Assembly: GCA_020891255.1 (NCBI GenBank)
Contig: BQFW01000013.1
Location: 744,001 to 808,000 of the forward strand
Direction of reading: 5' to 3'
Length of the DNA stretch: 64,000 nucleotides
Source of the DNA: Entomortierella parvispora E1425
Lineage: Eukaryota > Fungi > Mortierellomycota
The translations under genes were made by a program, and so were the position numbers. The notes beneath the pieces are model-generated. The model made no database searches, had not been told where the DNA came from, and saw nothing but the letters and a program-made list of their open reading frames with translations. Shown piece by piece: positions 56,101 through 64,000 of this stretch (its first letter is position 1; every line of letters starts with the position of its first letter).

Positions 56101-59100
56101 CGCAATTGCCACCTCGTCCCAGGTCTACATATATACGCAACACAGAAAACTCTCTGCAGCCTTTCAGCCGAAGGGCAGAGGTTGTTCGACATGATGCTTC
56201 TCAGAGTTCATCCCCACAGGAAATCCGACCGAAAAGCACGGAAGAGCAGGACCTCGATATTCATATTGACGGTTTCCGGAGTACACCGGCGCCCTCCAAT
56301 GCCAATGAAACCCCAAGCACCAGTCGAGAGTCCTCCGTAGCACTGGAGAAAGAGGGAGTGATACCCGCTACATTCAGGGCTGTGGAAACGCAACATTGGA
56401 TCCATTTGTTCAAGAGTGACGATGAGATTATCAAGGAGTTAAGAAGTCTCCGCCGATATGTCTGTTGCTTGTAAGTTCTTGGATTAATGAAAAAAGGAAA
56501 GAAGATGGATGTCCTAGAGTTACTAACAATACTGTTGTGATCGATATTTTCTTCTCTAGATCCCATAGAGATAATAATCCTATTGCTCAGGGATGGCGTG
56601 AGCCATGGATGTCTATTTATCAGGAATACATTGAGTGGATTGAGCTTGGTGTTTCTGAGGAGACTGGCATCAAGATGTTTTTGAAATGGCGCAGAAACGG
56701 AAACGACGTGACTTCTGCTCGAGCGGCTAAAGCCGTAGAGGCTCTGGCTCAGTACAGAGCCGAGAAACAAGCCAGGGCGAAGGAGGCACTCAAGAAAGCC
56801 AGCGAGAGGAAACAAAACTTGAACGCTGCAAGAGCGGAGCAAACTACTAAGGAGGACGCAAAGGACAACATGGATATGGACCTGGCCACACCAAACAAGG
56901 ACATCTCAAAGAAGGATATACCAAAGAAGGACGCTTCAAAGGAAGACACTGCTGAGAGAGGTGGTTTTGAAAAAAGCAGTCTGAAAAATGGCACTTCGGA
57001 GAAAAGCGCCTCGGAGAAGGAAACTTGTGAGAGGGAAGGAAGTATCCAAAGAAAACGATGTATCACCCCTCCAAATGCCATCATGATCGACAGCTCAGAC
57101 AGCGATTCTTCCAATATCGAAAGTCTCCGCCGACGTATTGGGCCAAAGCCGAGGAAGTTCATTCGGAAGGAGTCCAAACCCATTGAAAGCGAGACGTCGT
57201 TTTTGACAGCGAGTGCCGACAATGAAAAATCATCACGGTCGCGGGAAACCACTGGCGGATCACGCTCGGGTGAAGATGAGGATATGCCAATACGAAGAAA
57301 AACCAAGAAGCGTGCCCGACGAAAATATTTTGGCGACTCTTCGCAGTCTGACGCTGACGACGACGAGGATGACGATGACGATGACGATGACGACGATGGG
57401 GATGATGATATTTCTCTGAAAGGCAAGAAAAAGGCTCGAACAGAGGTGGCTGAAGCAGAGGATGTTTTGAGACTTCGAGAGGACCTTGCAAAGAGGGATA
57501 AGGAGATTCAGGAGCGCATCAAGATCCAGGAAGCACGAGGTTTGATTTTGAAGTCCAACTCCAAGGATGGCGAAGTGCTCATCAATCCTGGACACAAGGA
57601 CACGGAAAGCCCGGTAACTATCCCCCTGTTTTTCTCGCAACATATGAAGCCTCATCAGATCGACGGCGTCCGATTCATGTGGCGTAATGTTGTCATGTTG
57701 GAGAGCGGCTGCATTCTTGCACACGCGATGGGTCTTGGTAAAACGTTCCAAGTCATTGTATTTCTCTATGTGTTACTACGGGAGATCCTATTCAAAAACG
57801 AGAACATCCCGAAATATCTAAGTGTAAGTCTGCTTTTTCATAAGCAATGGAGTGAAATTGATAATTCCATACTCACAGTCAAACACATTGTCACCTTTTA
57901 CCTCTAGGATGGCCGAGTCTTGTTGCTTGTACCTCCTATCGTCATCGATAATTGGCAATCCGAATTCATCAAGTGGATACCGGCAGAAGAGCTCGAGGTT
58001 GTACGCGTCTGGGTTCTCCGTAAGTCCAAAGTTCATTAGACTGCATCACCAATATGTTCAGGCATCCAACGCTGACTTTTTACTGAAAATCGTCTGTAGC
58101 AACGGCCGTTGGAAAGAGGGACGTTATGTCGCGTTACGATGTGATGCACGATTGGCACAATCTTGGAGGCATCCTGTTGTTGAGCTATAGTATGTTCCGA
58201 ACGTATAGTACTCCAACCAAACTGGAGCCAGAAACAGAAGTCCTGAACCGGATCCAGGCCTTTTTGACATCTCCTGGTCCATCGATCACGGTGGCAGACG
58301 AAGGACATGTGCTCAAAAATGAAAAGGTGGGCATAGACAAGTAACATACTGTTCCATGGATAACATCTGTTTTTCTCATGTTTCTCACTCTTTCATTCTC
58401 GCAACGAAATAGGCAAAACTGTCGGTGGCGAGTAAAAGAATCAAGAGCAAGGCGAGAGTGATCTTGACTGGATATCCACTTCAAAATCGACTGGAGGAAT
58501 ACTGGTGCATGGTGGATTTTATCCGCCCCAACTACTTGGGCGAGCTGAATAGCTTCAGGAGCAACTTTATCAATCCGATCGAGCGTGGATTGTTCACAGA
58601 CAGCCATGTTATCGAAAGAAAGGTGAATACACGCAAATCGACGATTTTTTTTTTTTTTTTGTTTTTGATCTTTCGCTGACATACCTTCGCTTCATCTTTA
58701 GGCCTCCTCGAAAAAGCTTCGTGTTCTGACCGAGCTCATCGGCTCGTTTGTCCTGAGGTGTGTACTCTAGGAGATCGTGGTACTATTTGGATCCATAGCT
58801 CGCCTTTGTGAGAGCTGACTTCTTTTTGTATATCTTGGTATGAAATAGGAAGGACCAGTCTGTTCTGAGAGCTTCCTTGCCCAAGAAGATTGAGTATGTG
58901 ATTTCTTGTAGGCTGACGAGATTGCAAACAGATCTTTATGAGGTAAGATGTGTCGTCCATGATCGACGACGTTTTTCAAAATACCGTAATATACATCGAC
59001 TGACTTTACATGGTTCATTTCCTCTTTGATTTAGCAATTCCTGCTATCCCTGGGATCAGTTGAGAGTGCCGTCACCCTTTTAGGCAACGGGCACATATTT

Positions 59101-61768
59101 TTGACTATCTGCAATCACCCAGCAGCATTCAGGGTACAGCAAGATCGAGTGAAGCGAGTTATTCAAATCATTTAGTATTGTGAAAGGACGTGTATTTATC
59201 AGCCAAAACCGTGTATGTTTCTAGGCTGCATCTCGCGTAACCAAAAACGCCGCCATTATCCGGGGCTGTGTTGACGAGCTATCCAATGTCGAGAATGGAT
59301 CCCCTATGATGACAGGCGCCAGTGCTGTAACTGCTGGAACAATATCCGGATCCGATGCAGCTAGCTCAAACGAAGCAACAATCCAGGCTGCTGCAGAGAA
59401 CGGCGAAGCGGTGGCTGAGGCAGTTGAAAGCAACCTGGCTATGAATGACGCTATGAAGTACGGCCAGCTCCACATAGATCAAGCTGACTTCACGTTTCAC
59501 TTTGCAGCGCAATCTTGTTTGGTGTGTACTAATGCCCGGTTTTCCGTCGTAGGTCCGTCAAGAGCAGCACCATTTGGGACCAGATAATTTCGCATTACAC
59601 CAGTATGTGCTGTTACAAACTTGGCATTCGTTGATCAGCACCCAGAGAACGATGACTAACTCGTAACTCTCTTGCTTCTGGTCTTTAGAGGATTTGAATG
59701 ATGTCACAAACAGCTACAAAATGGTGATCCTGTTGGATATCTTGACAGCTTGTCGAGCCATTAAGGAGAAGGTTTTGGTGTTCACCAGGAACATCCCAAC
59801 TATTGGTATGAACGTCTCTCTTGTGAAATTCCACTTTTTTTTTCTGAAGAGTGCAGATGGATTGACACTCTCTTCGTCATAAACTGTAGACTTCATAGAG
59901 TTCTCAGTCAAAAATGCAGGATTCAAGTCAATGACGCTGGATGGTTCAACTGCTGTCACTGTACGTCAGAAATGCTAGGTCTACATCCTGAGTACCTACC
60001 CTGCATACTAACACCTGGCGATTGTGCACTTTGCTTTTTTAGAGCCGACAGAGTATGATCGACGATTTTAATGACACGGACAACTATGACTTGTTCCTGA
60101 TCTCGACAGGGGTATGTTCGATCTGATGAGGCTAATGCTGGCCTGCTTCGATTTAGTTCAATCCTGTACTCACCTGCTCTTTCCAACTTCGTCGTTATTA
60201 GGCTGGATCTGTCGGTGTGAACTTGGTGTCGGCAAGTCGTGTCGTGATTTTTGATGTGGGCTGGAATCCTAGTCACGACGAACAGGCTATTGCTAGGGCT
60301 TTTCGTTATGGACAGACGCGAAAGGTCTATGTCTACCGTCTTCAAACCTTTGGTACCTTCGAGGATTTGCTGTACAAAAACAACCTGCACAAACTTGGGC
60401 TGGCGAATCGTGTAATCGACAAGAAAACTATCAAAAGCAACACGTTCTCCAAGACGCAGATGAAGCAATACTTTCGAAGACCACCTGCGCCGTCTGAAAC
60501 ACCTGTATGGGTGACAAAGGAGAACGTCGAAGACCTTTTCAATAAGCCTGATACAGAGGACACTGTTCTGCGAACAGTAATTGAAAAGTAAGTCTTGTTT
60601 TCTTCAACCATTGACATTTTGAAGCAAAAAAAGCATCATCATCTGAATTCGTCCTTTAACTCGACTGTACGATTTCCTGTTATTATTATGTTATTTTGTA
60701 CTTAGGAACAAGGAGAGTCTGACGTTCATTGTTCCCCAAAATGAGCTGATTCGTGAACTGGATTCGGATCTTACAGAGGCAGACATGGAAGATATCAGAT
60801 ACATGATCTCGCAGGAACAAAGGAGAATCGAAGGAAAGCCATTCGACTCTTCAATGTACATGACGAGTCCACCCATGATGTCGCCCTTCCCTTCGTCCGC
60901 AACCAACTCACCAATACCAGCTTCCGGTTTTCCTGTACCCGGCAATGCATCTGCCGCTGTGGGTTTGCAAGCCTATGGCGGCCCGCAGCGTCCATCACAA
61001 AGGCAACCTCCACCTTTAGGCACAGTTCAGGGTCCACCCATAAGCGTTGCTGCTTCCAAACGGGAACGTACAAAGGAGCAAGTTTTGATGACTCTGGATG
61101 AACTGCAGGCTCTGGCTGAGACCCACCGAAGAGCAATGGCCAGGGACCCGACTATATCCAGAACGGAGCAGACCTTACAGCAACGTGGCCGAACCTTGAC
61201 AGATTTTGAAAGGGAGCAGGAGAGAAGTGTTTTGTTGGCTCAAGAACGTATAAATGCCATTGTGGAGCATCAAAACCAAGGTCACCCGGCTCACGTCTAT
61301 GCTCCCAGTCTATTCCCCCCAAACCGGAATGCGTTTAGAGGGTACAGTGCAGCCATTCAACCGGAGCATATGGTGATGCCTCCGATATCTCGGGCTGGAT
61401 CTGTTGCCTCAACCTCTGCGGCCACCTCGTCTCCAGTTTTGTCGTGGTCAATGTCTCCAGGAGGGGCAAGGAATAATATGGCAGCACCAGGAAACAGGAT
61501 CCACCAGATGAGTTTCAGGCCCTTATCACAACCACGGTCTTTTCCTCAACAACAGGAACCCCCCACAGTTGCTCTACAGAATCAAAACTTGCAACCTCGG
61601 GTACGAAATCAGGGACAAACTCAGAGCCAGAGTCCAAATCAGAATCCAAGGCAGAATGAGACTGAAGATCAAGGCCAAAGTTCGATTCAGGGACGTGGTC
61701 AAGGTGCTGTACAAGGACCAAGCCATGATGCTTCCCAAAGTCTTGACCAACACGAAGACCAGAAATAG
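53109..61768 (+). CDS. Large SNF2-family helicase, ATRX/RAD54L2-like, with N-terminal SAM domain; about 17 exons
   Basis: SAM-like exons 1-2 ([12 protein letters not shown]...[10 protein letters not shown]...[20 protein letters not shown]). Phase-consistent introns link ORFs 53605, 54966 and 56465 to the helicase motifs [64 protein letters not shown] and [42 protein letters not shown]. Confidence 0.9.
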
Positions 61769-61810
61769 CCAATAAATCTCTATCAATTGGTAACGACAAA
61801 CCACCACGCT

Positions 61811-61852
<42 letters not shown>

Positions 61853-61877
61853 TTGAGATGGCGGCGATCATCCTATT

Positions 61878-64000
61878 TTACTCCTCAATCTGTTCCGTCT
61901 TGGGCGAAACAATGACCGCTTCTTCATACAGTCCTTGAGGTTTCTTCTTGCTGTAGATATCTTTTGATCGCGGCTCAAAATAGACCCTGTACGTCGATAT
62001 GAGATACTGACTCTGGCAGGTAACAATGATCTTGATCTCCTCGCTCATCTTGTTTTCAGAGTACAGGTTGCACCACTTTTGGCACTCTTCATATCTATCG
62101 CAGATCAAAATAATGGGTCGCCTGGATCGCCTCAGTTCTGAAAGATGGCTCTCTGAAAACGAGACTTCGCCAAGACCCCCCAGGTGCTGCTGGATCAACT
62201 TGTCCCCCAAAGTCTCGAGGGTCGTGAGATCGATGAACAAAGGAATGGGATCCCCAGCCTGGTAACCGAGCCAAAGCTCATGTTCCAATGCTAAAGCGAA
62301 CGCGGACTTTCCCGACTCTGCTTCACCATGGATCAACATGACGGCAGCTTTGCTCTGGAGGAAATCTTTGACGCGCTGATGAAGAGGCACAGGGCTGTCC
62401 TTGTCATCTGGAAGGCGGAGACTTCTTTTGCATATCAGCTCAATCGAGTCGGAGGGCTGCTCATAGTCACGGATGCGAATACGTCGAAGGCGGTCTATCA
62501 CAAGCTCCAGATCCAGTTTATCGTCCACTTTTTTCAAAAGGATGGAGGATTTCGGCAGCTCCAGATGTCTTCGCAGTGGGTATGGGAAAGAGAGGGCCGT
62601 GTTCCCATCGGACTTTAGATCTTGGGCCAGATCGCCTGCCTGCTTCTTGATTTCAGCATCCTCCTGTTCATTGCTGGAAGAATACGAGGGGGCATAGGAG
62701 GAGGCAGAGAGACTGGAGATGGTTGCCAGGATGGTCAGGATCCAACTCTGAACAGAGCGGTAGGTTTCCGAGGATGCCATGGCTCTGTACAGCACCCCCA
62801 GGAATTTCAGAGCCTGCTCCCTGTTGTCTCTCTTCCAAGCAGAATCGACTGCGATATCGCCGAGGAGCTGTGCGATACCCCAGAGGAACAAGGGATCATC
62901 TCGGCATGGGGCAGTGGAAACGAGTTCGTTGAAATCTGCTAGCCGACCCTTGGCCACAAGTCTTTCTGCGCCTCGCAGGCCAACGTACCAGGGATGGCGA
63001 CGTTTGGCACCCAAGCTGAAGAGCCCCTTCCCGTCCTCTATCAAGGTCTTTGCATCTTCCCAACCTGACGACACAAAGTCATAAAACTCGCCCACGTCCT
63101 TTTGAATCGCCTGTAGACCCTCCATAAATCCTTGAAAGTCCAACTGAACCACCGCCGAGAGCTTGACGACCCCACCCACCACACCCTCAAGGTGCCGAAG
63201 ACCGCATTGAAGGGTGGTCTCCCCATTGGGCACCCACTGCAGAGCCTGGTAGGCGTACAGGGCCTGGAACTTCAAGAACGGGTCCTCTTTGTTTCTCAAA
63301 TCTGACAACAATTCCAGAACGGGATCATGGTCACTGACCCGATCGAGGCCTTCAATCTCTAGACCTCCCACCACTTTTTCGTCCACGATCGAGTTGAGGA
63401 TCGTGGCGACGGTGACGGTCAGGTAAAACAGGTATTCGTCCAACTTTTGGTCCCGGGATCGGATGACGCGGAGGATCAGAGTGAAATCGTCAGATCTCAG
63501 GTAGCCAGGCTTGGCGTCTTGGATCAGTTGGGTCAAGCCGCGGAGGAGCTCAACATTGAGAATGGTATCCTGTTTGAACTCTTCCAAGAGTCGGTTGAGG
63601 AGGGTTCGGTATTGATCCTTGTCGAGAACAGGTCCAACAAGGACAATCTCTCGTAGAGCCTCGTCGCTCTTGGAAGGGTGGAGAATAAATTGGTTGATGA
63701 CTTCAGTCAGCAGTTTCTGAAGGTGCTCCTTCTCAAGAGGGTTCCTGTCCATTTCCTGGGTCCATTCTAACTGGGCAGGGGTGAGCGTGGGCAAAAGTGC
63801 TGGCGACGGTGCTGGTGGTGTTGATGGGGTTGGAGTAGGGGGTCGCGAAATGGAGGACGAAGACGGGGTCGCTGACGCTGCGGCGACCTCTTTAGCCTGT
63901 ACAAGGAGGTGATGATAGGAGACAAGTTGAGAGGTATCCCGAATGTACCCCACCATCTCTGGCGGTTCAATCTCTGTGTCGTTCAGAGGAACATTGTTGG
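61878..64000 (-). CDS. NLR-like ARM-repeat plus NACHT protein, 5' partial, apparently C-terminally truncated
   Basis: The frame is open to the window edge. A helical N-domain (EIVLVGPVLDKDQYRTLL...FQALYAYQALQWVP...WYVGLR) is followed by Walker A (MLIHGEAESGKSAF), PIPLFIDL and Walker B (ILICDRYEE). The stop comes right after AVIVSPKTEQIEE. Confidence 0.8.
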   Translation of the reverse strand, partial: NNVPLNDTEIEPPEMVGYIRDTSQLVSYHHLLVQAKEVAAASATPSSSSISRPPTPTPSTPPAPSPALLPTLTPAQLEWTQEMDRNPLEKEHLQKLLTEVINQFILHPSKSDEALREIVLVGPVLDKDQYRTLLNRLLEEFKQDTILNVELLRGLTQLIQDAKPGYLRSDDFTLILRVIRSRDQKLDEYLFYLTVTVATILNSIVDEKVVGGLEIEGLDRVSDHDPVLELLSDLRNKEDPFLKFQALYAYQALQWVPNGETTLQCGLRHLEGVVGGVVKLSAVVQLDFQGFMEGLQAIQKDVGEFYDFVSSGWEDAKTLIEDGKGLFSLGAKRRHPWYVGLRGAERLVAKGRLADFNELVSTAPCRDDPLFLWGIAQLLGDIAVDSAWKRDNREQALKFLGVLYRAMASSETYRSVQSWILTILATISSLSASSYAPSYSSSNEQEDAEIKKQAGDLAQDLKSDGNTALSFPYPLRRHLELPKSSILLKKVDDKLDLELVIDRLRRIRIRDYEQPSDSIELICKRSLRLPDDKDSPVPLHQRVKDFLQSKAAVMLIHGEAESGKSAFALALEHELWLGYQAGDPIPLFIDLTTLETLGDKLIQQHLGGLGEVSFSESHLSELRRSRRPIILICDRYEECQKWCNLYSENKMSEEIKIIVTCQSQYLISTYRVYFEPRSKDIYSKKKPQGLYEEAVIVSPKTEQIEE

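Noticed and set aside
61815-61845. T31 tract (poly-A on the NACHT sense strand) as a retrocopy signature for the truncated NACHT gene
   Set aside because: Homopolymer runs of 15-30 nt are common throughout this window (introns and spacers), and no target-site duplication is evident.
1-64000. CRISPR arrays, rRNA/tRNA genes, transposons and secondary-metabolite clusters
   Set aside because: No regularly spaced direct repeats, no RNA-gene signatures, no transposase/RT/integrase motifs or terminal repeats, and no PKS/NRPS/terpene synthase ORFs were seen.

Overview
Eukaryotic, intron-containing fungal DNA, most consistent with a Mortierellaceae (Mucoromycota) genome. The lineage call is an inference from the short GT-AG introns, long homopolymer tracts, and the F-box/LRR and ARM-NACHT gene types. 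About 23 protein-coding loci can be reconstructed by hand-splicing. The housekeeping genes are a protein O-mannosyltransferase (5' partial), KGD4/MRPS36, PRP9, eIF2A, an NADP-dependent MDR reductase, URA4, a METTL21-type methyltransferase, LSM4, an orthodox aquaporin, ECI1, an amino-acid permease, PRO3 and FKBP12. Also present are a FYVE protein, a Zn2Cys6 transcription factor, a SAM-domain ATRX-like SNF2 helicase and several orphan proteins. The most interesting signals are: (1) two unrelated secreted proteins 8 kb apart that both begin with His after the predicted signal peptide and carry a second His plus a Tyr-x-x-Cys strand, i.e. copper His-brace (LPMO-like) candidates, one AA11-like and one I cannot place in a known family; (2) a Mic26/27(ApoO)-like membrane hairpin fused to a roughly 850-aa Trp-repeat, coiled-coil, LEA-like tail; (3) two apparently broken members of expanded families, an F-box/LRR gene with an in-frame TAG and an ARM-NACHT gene that stops inside the NACHT domain; (4) a recurrent RTCACGTG element about 90-330 nt upstream of seven start codons, plus a CRE-like element in two other compact promoters. 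No tRNA, rRNA, CRISPR array or transposon could be supported. All exon calls were made by eye with reading-frame and phase checks, and no database searches were run.
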